A stretch of 45,605 nucleotides of DNA from a virus (taxonomy: Duplodnaviria > Heunggongvirae > Uroviricota > Caudoviricetes): positions 81,261 to 126,865 of IMG/VR virus record IMGVR_UViG_2932604667_000002; one strand, 5' to 3'. The translations under genes were made by a program, and so were the position numbers. This document shows, piece after piece, positions 17,058 to 25,597 of this stretch. A model generated the notes under the pieces. It ran no database searches and was not told the DNA's origin. It worked only from the letters and a program-made list of their open reading frames with translations. Position 1 is the stretch's first letter; every line of letters starts with the position of its first letter.

Positions 17058-17461
17058 GCGGCGGCGGGAAGAGCGGGAAGGTGGACCTGATCTACGCGGT
17101 CGTCATCACCAAGCCCGGCCACGACACGGTCCGCATCGGCCCGATCCACTTCCACCACCAGGCCGAGAGCTGGATCTGGACGCTCAACCGGTCCCGCACC
17201 AGTACGGCCATGCCCGCCGGAACCACGTGGGAGATCACGCCGTACGACCCGAGCGTCCCGCACGACGACCCCGCGGAAATCCCCACCACCACGGACGCGC
17301 TCGCCGCTGCGATCATGCAGACCCACGACTACGGCGAGAAGGCATTCCCCGACCTGTTCCTGCGCCTTGAGGCCCTCGTCGGCACCGGCGAGGCGCAGAA
17401 ACGCTGGAAGAACGCCTGCGCCTACGCCGACCACCTAGAGACCGACGAGGAGGAGGAGTGA
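17054..17461 (+). CDS. Hypothetical protein
   Basis: ATGA coupling, protein-like composition, acidic C-terminus. Confidence 0.75.
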   Translation: MSGGGKSGKVDLIYAVVITKPGHDTVRIGPIHFHHQAESWIWTLNRSRTSTAMPAGTTWEITPYDPSVPHDDPAEIPTTTDALAAAIMQTHDYGEKAFPDLFLRLEALVGTGEAQKRWKNACAYADHLETDEEEE

Positions 17462-18030
17462 CGACCTACACCATCCGCCAGGCGGCCCCGGCCGACGTCG
17501 AGTCCGTCGCCGACCTGATCACCGGCTCGGCCCGGTGGATGCACGCCCGCGGCTGGGATGCCTGGCCCCGGGACGGCTTCCCCGTCGAGCGGCTCATGCT
17601 CGACATCAAGGACCAGACCACCTGGCTCCTGGAGGACAGCGGCAAGGCCATCGGCACCCTGGTCCTGGACACCAGGCCCGACGAGGAGTTCATCGCCGCC
17701 GGCCTCGGTGTTGCCGGCGAACCCGTCACCCGCGCGCTGCTCGTCCACAAGATGGCCGTCGACCGCCGCCGCGCCGGAATCGGACTCGGCGGCCTCCTCC
17801 TGGACTGGGCATGTGACCGTGCCGCCCAGCAGGGGCGCGATGCAGTCTGGCTCAACGTCGCCAGACGGGCCGCCTCCCTGCAGAACTGGTACGCCTGGCA
17901 AGGGTTCGACTGCATGACCGTCGTCACCAGTACCGGCCGGCCATCCGGATCCCTGTGGACTCGCCCCGCGCGACCCCAGCCACACCTGGCCGGTCTCGTG
18001 ACCACCCTCGTCGGCACGGACGAGGACTGA
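17458..18030 (+). CDS. GNAT family N-acetyltransferase
   Basis: YTIRQAAPAD, VHKMAVDRRRAGIGLGGLLLDWA (motif A), LQNWYAWQGF (motif B). Confidence 0.88.
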   Translation: MTTYTIRQAAPADVESVADLITGSARWMHARGWDAWPRDGFPVERLMLDIKDQTTWLLEDSGKAIGTLVLDTRPDEEFIAAGLGVAGEPVTRALLVHKMAVDRRRAGIGLGGLLLDWACDRAAQQGRDAVWLNVARRAASLQNWYAWQGFDCMTVVTSTGRPSGSLWTRPARPQPHLAGLVTTLVGTDED

Positions 18031-18091
18031 CCCCGCGTCCCACCCGGGCGGCCAACCGGCCGCCCGCCCAACCCTGGAACGGAGAACCCCG

Positions 18092-18397
18092 TTGACTACA
18101 ACCCAGAACCCCACCCCCTACGAGATGCTCACCACCAGCGCAGCGCTCGTCCAGGCGATCGCCGCAACCGAGCGGGCCATCGCCACTGGCCAGCCGCGCA
18201 CCCCCGCCAGCGACAAGCGCGTGGAGGACGCGGGACGGGAGTTGCTCGACAAGCTCGCGAAGGAGACCGACCCGGGCGCCCGCATGGAGCTGTGCGAGGA
18301 GCTGCACGACGTCCTGGAGCCGATCGTGGGCGAGTGGGCGGCCACCGTGCTGCTGACGATCTCCTGCATGTACGAGGACATGGCCGCCGACGACTGA
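18092..18397 (+). CDS. Hypothetical helical protein
   Basis: GGAG + TTG start. Confidence 0.65.
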   Translation: MTTTQNPTPYEMLTTSAALVQAIAATERAIATGQPRTPASDKRVEDAGRELLDKLAKETDPGARMELCEELHDVLEPIVGEWAATVLLTISCMYEDMAADD

Positions 18398-18431
18398 CAC
18401 CCGTACCCTGGCCGGGGTTCGGCCAAAGATC

Positions 18432-18460
18432 AGAAGCCCTCGGAACGTCCGAGGGCTTCT
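18432..18460 (+). terminator. Intrinsic terminator immediately upstream of E2
   Basis: 13-bp stem AGAAGCCCTCGGA/TCCGAGGGCTTCT followed by T-rich tail. Confidence 0.8.
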
Positions 18461-18471
18461 TCATGTCTCCG

Positions 18472-18527
18472 TTGCCACGCTACTTAGATACCGGTACATT
18501 CGGAGGGTGTTGGGAGAGCGACCCGAC
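18472..18527 (+). promoter_or_regulatory. Repeated early cassette E2
   Basis: TTGCCA-17-TACATT, TACCGGTA, GTGTTGGGAGAGCGACCCGAC. Confidence 0.85.
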
Positions 18528-18552
18528 AGCCCGCAACCAGGAGGAGCCGCCC

Positions 18553-18843
18553 ATGTCCACCACCAAGCTCGACGCGACCACGACCCCGTGGACCGACCTC
18601 CAGCCCGGCGACGTGATCACCTTCAGCTACAGCAGCGCCCACAGCGCCACGTGGACCTTCCGCGGCCTGGGAGGGGCGTACAAGCCCAACCCGGCCATGA
18701 CGGTCGCGAACCTCAACACCGACCTCGACGACCCTGGCTACATCGACGAGATCGCCGTCTTCGCCGCTCTCCCCGTCGCGGAGAGCCTGTACGCCAGGGC
18801 CAACACCATCACCATCACCCGGCCGGGCGCCAGCGACCTGTAG
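18553..18843 (+). CDS. Hypothetical protein (paralog of N-terminus of 45081-45605)
   Basis: GGAGGAG + ATG; WTDLQPGDVI..Y......W.F pattern. Confidence 0.75.
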   Translation: MSTTKLDATTTPWTDLQPGDVITFSYSSAHSATWTFRGLGGAYKPNPAMTVANLNTDLDDPGYIDEIAVFAALPVAESLYARANTITITRPGASDL

Positions 18844-18865
18844 GTGCCCTCAGAAGAGAAGAGAT

Positions 18866-18905
18866 GTCGGGAGGGGGCCACCGAAGGAAAGAGCCCCCTC
18901 CCGAC
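18866..18905. terminator. Strong hairpin, probable terminator (pyrimidine tail on minus strand)
   Basis: 13-bp stem GTCGGGAGGGGGC/GCCCCCTCCCGAC. Confidence 0.6.
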
Positions 18906-19044
18906 TGCCGCATCTGGCGGCGCTATCCCACACACTCACCATTCCGACGGCGACGTCCTGGAATGCCGAGCAGGCTCACCGTCTCACCAGCGGCCACCTT
19001 GCGTCGCCCGCTGCGAGCACGCGACACGGCCAAGGAGTCCAACA

Positions 19045-19419
19045 GTGAACGCCATCACGATCCACCTCGTGGAGACCGACGTCGCCGTCGTCAAACTCCC
19101 GGCCGGCGGTATCGCTCGCGTCCACCACCCCAGCGGGCCGCGCGACTACCCGCCCGTCCCGCGCGATGAGCCAGTGTTCCTGGTCGTCCCCGGCGACCGC
19201 GAGCGCCTCGGCGGGGGCGCGACGCACTCCATCTACTACGACGAGACCGGCCTCCGCAACGGACGCCACCGTCACGACCGGGCTGTCTGGCACGCCGCCG
19301 CCAGAGCCGCGCGCCGTGGCGACGTCGGCGACGTCGTCCTCATCCATCACGAGGAGCAGACCCGCTACGGCCGCACCCGCTGGGCCGCGACCGGCCTCAC
19401 CGTATGCCCCAGCCGCTGA
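19045..19419 (+). CDS. Hypothetical protein
   Basis: AAGGAG + GTG 19045. Confidence 0.7.
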   Translation: MNAITIHLVETDVAVVKLPAGGIARVHHPSGPRDYPPVPRDEPVFLVVPGDRERLGGGATHSIYYDETGLRNGRHRHDRAVWHAAARAARRGDVGDVVLIHHEEQTRYGRTRWAATGLTVCPSR

Positions 19420-19429
19420 GCTCGGAGCC

Positions 19430-19780
19430 TCACGGCCGCGTGCCGGCGTCCCGCAGGTGCGCCTCCACCCGGATGTAGTCGATCGCCGGATCAGCGTTGT
19501 GCTTCAGCAGGTCAGCAGACGTGACCAGCCACTGCATCCGCGCGCGTGGATCCTCGACCAGGTCGTTCTGGTGGACCGGCCACGCCGCCGGGTCCAGCGC
19601 GAGGACCCACGTCCGGCCCCCCGGCAGCCCCGCCGGGACGTCGCCGGATTCTTCCGCCCGGCCTGGCCACGGCCCCAGCAGTCCGCCCCAGCCGCCGCCG
19701 ACCGCGTCCCCGTGAGCGTCCACCGCGGGCGCCTCACGCCGACGCACCCCGAGCTGCCGGTCAGGCAGCAGGACGCTCAT
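19430..19780 (-). CDS. Head-to-tail stopper/closure-like protein
   Basis: Position after adaptor; WVLALDPAAWPV..D.VED pattern. Confidence 0.6.
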   Translation of the reverse strand: MSVLLPDRQLGVRRREAPAVDAHGDAVGGGWGGLLGPWPGRAEESGDVPAGLPGGRTWVLALDPAAWPVHQNDLVEDPRARMQWLVTSADLLKHNADPAIDYIRVEAHLRDAGTRP

Positions 19781-20042
19781 ACTGATCCCGCACCGGGTAG
19801 AGCGTGACGGACCGCCACAGGTCCGATGCCTCGGCCGTGTCGAGCCAGACCAGGCGGGTCGCCCCCTCATGGCCGTGAATCTTGATGATGTCGGCGATCG
19901 AATCGGCGATGCACGTCGTCTTCCACGCGCTGTTCCAGCGGTAGGCGCACACGCCGTCGGGGAACTCGATCCCCCACACCACTGTGCCTTCACCGGAGAT
20001 GCCAGAGACGTCCACATCCCTGACCAGGATGAACCGCCGCAC
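19761..20042 (-). CDS. Conserved phage hypothetical protein
   Basis: RRFILVRDVDVSGISGEG.V.WGIEFPDG...RW..HGHEGATRLVW, a recognisable widespread phage family; TAGTG coupling. Confidence 0.75.
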   Translation of the reverse strand: MRRFILVRDVDVSGISGEGTVVWGIEFPDGVCAYRWNSAWKTTCIADSIADIIKIHGHEGATRLVWLDTAEASDLWRSVTLYPVRDQYERPAA

Positions 20043-20695
20043 TATTCCCCCCATCGGTAGTAGTCGCGCCACTCGTACGGCCACGGTTCGGTGGCCCGGG
20101 TGGCGAACTGACGGACACGCCGACCAGCGAGCCGCCACCGGTCGACGCTGGAAAACGGGAGGGGAGACCCGGGGAACCGCTCCCCGGAGGAGGCTGGCGC
20201 CGTGGGGTAGGTGTCGGCGTACGTCACCGACTGGCCTTCCACGGACAGAGAGGTGACCCGCCGGGCCTCATCAGGCAGCAGCCGCCGGAACAGCGACTGC
20301 ACCACGGGGGAGTGGATGGCCAGATCACGCACCAGTCGGCGGATCGGCGCGAGATCGGGATCGGTCACCGCGTCCAGGCCCGCCGTGTAGACGACCGTGT
20401 ACCGCCCGGTCGGGTACCCGTCCACAGGATGGGTCTCGGGCGTCACGGAGAGGATGGAGAGCACCGGTTCGTGGTCCAGGCGGAACCGGCCGTCCGCCGG
20501 GGACGCCACGCCGGTCTGGGTGTAGGTCCGCGGCGTGATGGGCCGCCCTAGGTACGCCTCGACATCGGCCTGCGCGTCCAGGAGCGCCTGCTCGACGAGA
20601 CAGAGGTCGGCGCCGGGCAGCGGCTGGGGCAGCCTCAACCGGCGGGCCACCTCCGCCGCCGAGACGACCAGCGGGGGAGTCACGGGAGTGCTCAC
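20042..20695 (-). CDS. Head-to-tail adaptor
   Basis: LLDAQADVEAYLGRPI, YTVVYTAG, SLSVEGQSVTY motifs. Confidence 0.78.
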   Translation of the reverse strand: MSTPVTPPLVVSAAEVARRLRLPQPLPGADLCLVEQALLDAQADVEAYLGRPITPRTYTQTGVASPADGRFRLDHEPVLSILSVTPETHPVDGYPTGRYTVVYTAGLDAVTDPDLAPIRRLVRDLAIHSPVVQSLFRRLLPDEARRVTSLSVEGQSVTYADTYPTAPASSGERFPGSPLPFSSVDRWRLAGRRVRQFATRATEPWPYEWRDYYRWGE

Positions 20696-20701
20696 CGCCG
20701 C

Positions 20702-20730
20702 AGGGTCGCAGCCGCCACCAGCTAAGGTCG
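20702..20730 (-). promoter_or_regulatory. Late promoter L8 (CGACCTTA-N15-GACCCT), probably leaderless onto GTG 20695
   Basis: Motif match; expected TSS at start codon. Confidence 0.68.
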
Positions 20731-20844
20731 CGGCCTGGAAAACGGGAGAGGCGCGGCACCGTCTCATCCGCTGGACGGTGCCGCGCCTCGTACGGTCCGC
20801 GTTCGCCCACCCCACGTTAACGAGCGCGACCGTACGTCTATGGG

Positions 20845-21285
20845 TCAGCTTTCGCTGGTCACGGCCTTGTACTTGTCCACCAACTGGTGTGCCTGCCACA
20901 GCGGCACCTCGGCGCCGGCCGGGAACAGCAGGTGCATGGCGATCTGGCTGGCGTTCGGGTACTTGAACCGCTCGTAGACCTGCGTGGTCACCCGGGCGAC
21001 GGTCCGCGGGTCACCTGCGGCAGGCCACTCGAATACGTCGTCGATGTCGAGTGGGCGGCCGTCCGCGTCGACCAGGCCCTCGTGCGAGCTGCCCGACACC
21101 GACCGCAGGGCCGCGTTGGCGGCGATGTGGTTCGTGGTGGAGTCCGGGATTCCGAGCTCGGGGGAGCGCTGCGCCAGCGCCTCCGGGGATTCCAGTGGAG
21201 CCGCGGCGGTCTGCTGAGCGGCGACTAGTCCTGCGGGCATGTCCGCCGACAGCTCGTCGGCCTGGTCCGCCTTGCTCTTGGCCAC
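20845..21285 (-). CDS. Hypothetical head-associated protein
   Basis: 146 aa, good RBS, own late promoter. Confidence 0.72.
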   Translation of the reverse strand: MAKSKADQADELSADMPAGLVAAQQTAAAPLESPEALAQRSPELGIPDSTTNHIAANAALRSVSGSSHEGLVDADGRPLDIDDVFEWPAAGDPRTVARVTTQVYERFKYPNASQIAMHLLFPAGAEVPLWQAHQLVDKYKAVTSES

Positions 21286-21322
21286 GTCGATGCCCCTTCG
21301 CTCCGTCTGGGATGTCGTGAGC

Positions 21323-21351
21323 AGGCTAAAAGCACGCTGTGGCTAAGGTCG
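21323..21351 (-). promoter_or_regulatory. Late promoter L9 (CGACCTTA-N15-TAGCCT)
   Basis: Motif match. Confidence 0.78.
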
Positions 21352-21379
21352 CGGGCTGGAGCGGGTGGAGTTTCGTGCC

Positions 21380-21565
21380 TCAGTCGTGGAGGCAGCCGCG
21401 CGCCCAGGAGTAGTTCGGCGGCTTGGGGCAGGTCGGCCAGATGATGCGCTGGCAGCGCGGGCATCCGGTGCATCCGGGGCCAACGGCTCGGCATGGTGCC
21501 GGCACGGGCTGGAGCGGACGGGGGCGGTGGAACCATTGGCGCCGGCGCGCGTCGCGCTCCTTCAT
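21380..21565 (-). CDS. Small Cys/Pro-rich protein
   Basis: GGAGG + ATG; CTGCPRC cluster. Confidence 0.45.
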   Translation of the reverse strand: MKERDARRRQWFHRPRPLQPVPAPCRAVGPGCTGCPRCQRIIWPTCPKPPNYSWARGCLHD

Positions 21566-21811
21566 ACGTACCTCCGCTCGGGCTGCACCCTATGCGACTG
21601 GTTCGTCACATTCTGCATGGGGGTGGGGCGCATTTGGACCGTTTCGGTGATCTCGGACAGGGAGATCACAGGCGGACGATTGCGGTGGCGACCACGACGC
21701 CGTCAGAATGGTTGAGCAGCCGGACCCATGAGCGATGACCCGATCTTTAGTTGTATGACTACCTTTGGCAGAGGTGTGTTGGGAAATGGGTCCGGCTACT
21801 CAAGTCTTCAG

Positions 21812-22147
21812 TCAGGGGCTCCAGATGAGCCGCTGGTAGGCCAGGCCGACGCAACGATCCATCTTCGTCGCGTCGGGCCACATGGCCCGGATCGCCCTCT
21901 GATACTCCTCGGGCGAAAGTCCATCAAGGTCAACGCGCGCGGTCAGCGCGGTCCACTCCTGGTACAGCTCCCGCACCCGGGTGACACCGCCAAGGCGGGC
22001 AACTCCCTGCGCTGCGAGCCGGGACAGGTCGTCCAACTGCGGCTCGTCGGGAAGGTCGGCGGCGTACAGGGCGACCGCCAGCGGGCCGTAGGCCAGGTTC
22101 TGAGCACGATCCCCGAGACGCCACTCGGTGCGGGTCTGCGTTGTCAC
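21812..22147 (-). CDS. Hypothetical protein divergent from GntR (possible Kil-type target)
   Basis: GGAGGTG + GTG 22147. Confidence 0.7.
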   Translation of the reverse strand: MTTQTRTEWRLGDRAQNLAYGPLAVALYAADLPDEPQLDDLSRLAAQGVARLGGVTRVRELYQEWTALTARVDLDGLSPEEYQRAIRAMWPDATKMDRCVGLAYQRLIWSP

Positions 22148-22206
22148 CGTCTCACCTCCCGGTAGCTCCCAGAAGATCACGCTGTCTGATCAGCACTGCC
22201 AGGGAA

Positions 22207-22235
22207 ACGCTAGCATGTACTACTTGGCCGTACAA
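22207..22235 (-). promoter_or_regulatory. Promoter TTGTAC-17-TAGCGT overlapped by TGTAC-N9-GTACA inverted repeat (candidate GntR operator)
   Basis: Seen in the divergent intergenic region. Confidence 0.55.
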
Positions 22236-22314
22236 GCCGAGCAGTACGATTAAGGCGGTTAAGGCGCCATGAACGCGCTACGGTAACGACCACCCTTTGG
22301 AGGTAGGTGAGGCA

Positions 22315-23094
22315 GTGTCCGCAGCACGGAAAGAAGACGAGCGCTCGCTGCAGGAGCAAGTCGCAGCGGAGCTCCGGGGACGCATCGAGAGGGGAGACCT
22401 ACGCCCCGGCGATCCGATCCCCTCTGAGGCCGCCCTGATCGAGCAGCACGGAGTAAGCCGCCAGACCGTCCGTGCTGCCCTGAAGGAGCTCGCCCAGGAG
22501 GGCCTCCTCACAGGCGGCCAAGGCCGCCAGCGGACCGTCCGGATCATCGAGCGGATCGAATGGCACCTGTCGACCTTCGAGTCCATCAACAACCACAAGG
22601 CCGTCGCCTGCGACCCGGCCAGCGACCAGTGGGCGACCGACGTCCAGGCCCAGAACCGCGTACCGCGGCAAGAGGTCGAGGTCGCCATCGCCTACCCGAG
22701 CGAGCGAGTGGCCGCGCGCCTCGAAGTCGCCACCGACCAGCCGGTCGTTGAGCGGCGCCGCGTGCGCTACGTCGATGGGACGCCCTACCAGCTCGCGACG
22801 AGCTACTTCCCCCAGGACCTGGTGCTGGGCACCCCGCTGATGCAACCCCGCGATGTCGCGGCCCCTGGAGGCGTGCTCGCCTCCATCGGTCACGTCCAGG
22901 TCCGCTACCGCGACGAGGTCGACGCCCGGATGCCCACCCGGGACGAGGCCACCCGCCTGGAGATGTCCCCGGGAACCCCGGTCATCGTGCACACCCGCAC
23001 CGGCTACGACGCCGACGGCCGACCCCTCCGCGTGATGATCACTGTCGTGCCTGGCGACAGGTACACCCTTGTCTACGAAAGCGACGCCTCATGA
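22315..23094 (+). CDS. GntR family regulator with UTRA domain (HutC/KorSA type)
   Basis: LRPGDPIPSEAALIEQHGVSRQTVRAALKEL wHTH; UTRA C-terminus. Confidence 0.93.
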   Translation: MSAARKEDERSLQEQVAAELRGRIERGDLRPGDPIPSEAALIEQHGVSRQTVRAALKELAQEGLLTGGQGRQRTVRIIERIEWHLSTFESINNHKAVACDPASDQWATDVQAQNRVPRQEVEVAIAYPSERVAARLEVATDQPVVERRRVRYVDGTPYQLATSYFPQDLVLGTPLMQPRDVAAPGGVLASIGHVQVRYRDEVDARMPTRDEATRLEMSPGTPVIVHTRTGYDADGRPLRVMITVVPGDRYTLVYESDAS

Positions 23095-23681
23095 CATACG
23101 CCATCCGACGAGCCAACCCCGGCGACCTGGACGCGCTGTACGCGCTCCGCACCGAGGCCGAGCAGTGGCTGGCAGCCGCCGGCGTCGAGCAGTGGACTCC
23201 GCGCTGGCACGACCACGCGCGCGGCCTGATCCGCGACAGCGTCCACGCCGGAGAGACCTGGGTCGTCGAGCACCAGGATGACGTCATCGCTACGGCCCGC
23301 ATCGCTGGCCCCGACCGCGACTTCTGGGCGCCGGACGATGCCCTGGGGGCGGCGGACTACCTGTACAAGCTCATCGTCAGCCGCTCCCACGCCGGTTCGG
23401 GCCTGGGTGACGCCGTCATCGACTGGGCGTGCGGCCACGCAGCGCGCCGGGGCCGGCAGTGGCTCCGCATCGACATCTGGCGGACCAACGCGAAGCTGCG
23501 GCAGTACTACGAGAGCCGCGGGTTCACCCATGTCCGTACCGTCGTCGTGCCCGGCCGGAGCTCCGGCCTCCTGCTCCAGCGTCCCGTCGACCTGCGGACC
23601 GCGCCCGCCGGCATCCACCTGGAGGCGGCGGGGGAGAAGCAGGACGAGGAGGCCCCTTCGCTGGCGGAGCTCACTCGCTGA
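23091..23681 (+). CDS. GNAT family N-acetyltransferase
   Basis: LYKLIVSRSHAGSGLGDAVIDWA, LRQYYESRGF; ATGA coupling to GntR. Confidence 0.9.
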   Translation: MTYAIRRANPGDLDALYALRTEAEQWLAAAGVEQWTPRWHDHARGLIRDSVHAGETWVVEHQDDVIATARIAGPDRDFWAPDDALGAADYLYKLIVSRSHAGSGLGDAVIDWACGHAARRGRQWLRIDIWRTNAKLRQYYESRGFTHVRTVVVPGRSSGLLLQRPVDLRTAPAGIHLEAAGEKQDEEAPSLAELTR

Positions 23682-23690
23682 ACAAACACG

Positions 23691-23730
23691 AAAAGGCGGG
23701 TGCGGAATCGAATTCCGCACCCGCCTTTTT
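23691..23730. terminator. Bidirectional intrinsic terminator
   Basis: 18-bp perfect stem with A4/T5 flanks between convergent GNAT and capsid genes. Confidence 0.92.
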
Positions 23731-23771
23731 CATTTCAGCTTTCCATTGCGGAAATCGCTGAATTGTGCGAC

Positions 23772-25088
23772 TTACTTGGTGAAAGAGCCGATGACGAACG
23801 ATTCTGGGCGATCTACAACAAGGCCCACCCGCTCCTCGCAGCGAATCGTGACCGCATTCCTTTCGAAAAGATCACGATTTTCCGTCGAGATTTGGATATT
23901 CACTTGCTGCCTATCATAAAGCTTTGCACCAAAGCCCCAGGCGCCGAGAACGAACTTGCCTTCCTGAATGGCTGGAGTGTCGACGACGTCCAGCCTCCAG
24001 ACTCGCTTTTCGCCGCCGACGGCCACGCTTACAGCGATGACGTAGGCGCCGTTGTTGTCCTTTTCGAGTTCCAGCTCCTCCCAGTCCAGCGGGTGCATGA
24101 CCACGCCGGTCGGGACGAAGTAGGCGAGAATCGCGCGAGTCATTGCGCGACGGACCTGGGCGGAATACCGGTCGGAAGCGAGGCCCGTGTAGAGCTGAAC
24201 TCCCGGAGTGTTGAAAAGGCCCGTCAGATTCTCCCCGACTCCGTCGCCGTAGAGGATCTGCCAGTCCTCCTGCATCTTGACGCCGTCCGTCATGTCCCTG
24301 TCGATCAGGCCGCGCAGGCGCGGCTCGTCGTCAAGGGTGTTGCGGTGGGCGTACATGATGTGGGCGATGGTGCAGATCGGGTACGTCACCGGGACGATCG
24401 TCAGATCGGACCGCGGCTTCAGACCGAAAACGTCGGTCGGGCCTCCGGTGGGCGGCGAGACACCGTCGGCCGCGCGCCGCTCGGGCACCGTCGCGGCCCG
24501 GTTGGTGTAGCCGGTCTCACGCAGGCCGTACAGCATGTTGGCGCTCGTCGCCTCCGCCGGGAACAGGTCCCGGACGCGACCTGGCCTCAGCATCCGCGGG
24601 GTCAGGCCCAGGTTCTGCGGCGTACCCAGCGACGGGATCGTGATGGTCCCGGCCATGGAGCTGTAGACGTCCTTGACCTCGGTCCCGTGGATCGAGGTGT
24701 CGAAGGTCGCGGTCTGCCCGAACTGGCGGAACCCGCTGGCCTTCATCTCGGCGTAGGCGTCGGACTCCAGCCAGCGCTGCGACAGCGCCTTGCGCTCGGC
24801 CGGGGTCTGGGCCATCTCGACAGCCTCGGCGCCGGCGGCCGGACTGCCGGCGGGGCGACCGGAGAACTCGAAGATCCCCAGAGCCTTTTCGTCGGCCATG
24901 ATCTGGCCGCGCAGCTCGTCGGCCTCATTGATCGCCTTGCGGTACGCCTCGGCCTGCTCGGTGGAGATGACCCACTTGCCGGGCTCTTCCTCCTTGAAGG
25001 AAGAGCCGATCTGTTCGATCTGAGCGACCTTTTCCTGAAGCGCCTCATTGCAGGTCTTCAGGCGGTCCCGTACTGCCGTGAGAGTCAC
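23772..25088 (-). CDS. Major capsid protein (HK97 fold, N-terminal delta/scaffold domain)
   Basis: AGGAG + GTG 25088; coiled-coil N-terminus; GDGVGENLTGL, VMHPLDW..LEL.KD.NG.Y, NAVTIRCEERVGL motifs. Confidence 0.93.
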   Translation of the reverse strand: MTLTAVRDRLKTCNEALQEKVAQIEQIGSSFKEEEPGKWVISTEQAEAYRKAINEADELRGQIMADEKALGIFEFSGRPAGSPAAGAEAVEMAQTPAERKALSQRWLESDAYAEMKASGFRQFGQTATFDTSIHGTEVKDVYSSMAGTITIPSLGTPQNLGLTPRMLRPGRVRDLFPAEATSANMLYGLRETGYTNRAATVPERRAADGVSPPTGGPTDVFGLKPRSDLTIVPVTYPICTIAHIMYAHRNTLDDEPRLRGLIDRDMTDGVKMQEDWQILYGDGVGENLTGLFNTPGVQLYTGLASDRYSAQVRRAMTRAILAYFVPTGVVMHPLDWEELELEKDNNGAYVIAVSVAVGGEKRVWRLDVVDTPAIQEGKFVLGAWGFGAKLYDRQQVNIQISTENRDLFERNAVTIRCEERVGLVVDRPESFVIGSFTK

Positions 25089-25194
25089 GGTGGTGCTCCT
25101 GCGAACGGGCGGCATGCGGCGAGCGCAGCCGCGAAACACACGGGGTGGTGTTCTGCCGTTCGCCCAGTCAGCACCGGGACGACCTCGACTGTTG

Positions 25195-25225
25195 TGACCG
25201 TAGGAGGCGGAGTCAGCTACGGTCG
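25195..25225. promoter_or_regulatory. Late promoter L10, palindromic (minus CGACCGTA-N15-TACGGT; plus TGACCGTA-N15-TACGGT)
   Basis: GACCGTAG...CTACGGTC inverted repeat gives the consensus on both strands. Confidence 0.7.
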
Positions 25226-25229
25226 CGCC

Positions 25230-25593
25230 GACCAGCGAAGATTCTTCGCACTGAGTTGTGCGTCGTCGCACTCAGGAGTGCGGAAATACATGCCTGAAGA
25301 AACAGGCACTCCACATACCTGCAGTGAGCAGATCGCTACTGTTTGGCGCAACGCATGGCCAGAACACCCGTCGCGCGTTGACGGAGTTCCTGGGATAGCC
25401 ACGCGCCGCGCTTCCCGTCGTCACCGGTTCGGCGGGGAACGGGGGCCGTGCTGAGGACGCCGCGAACCACCAGGAGGGGGCACTCACCACGTGAGTGCGG
25501 AGGAGGGGACGCGGCGTCCTCAGACGATCCCAAGCGCACATAGGGGGAGATGGACATGGGGCTGCGCGCTCGCTCAACTGTGGCAGCCCCATG
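25230..25593 (+). ncRNA. Putative structured non-coding RNA (~365 nt, about 9 stems)
   Basis: Series of hairpins incl. 14-bp and 11-bp perfect stems; G-U pairs favour plus strand; no credible ORF. Confidence 0.5.
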
Positions 25594-25597
25594 CGTC

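Noticed and set aside
21744-21795. Seventh early cassette (TACCTT...GAGGTGTGTTGGGAAATGGGTCC)
   Set aside because: No good -35, no palindrome, leader diverged, and the downstream plus ORF 21728-22165 is not credible; at most a decayed copy
25272-25592. Small ORFs inside the protease-capsid intergenic region
   Set aside because: No RBS, unnatural composition, and they coincide with strong RNA stems
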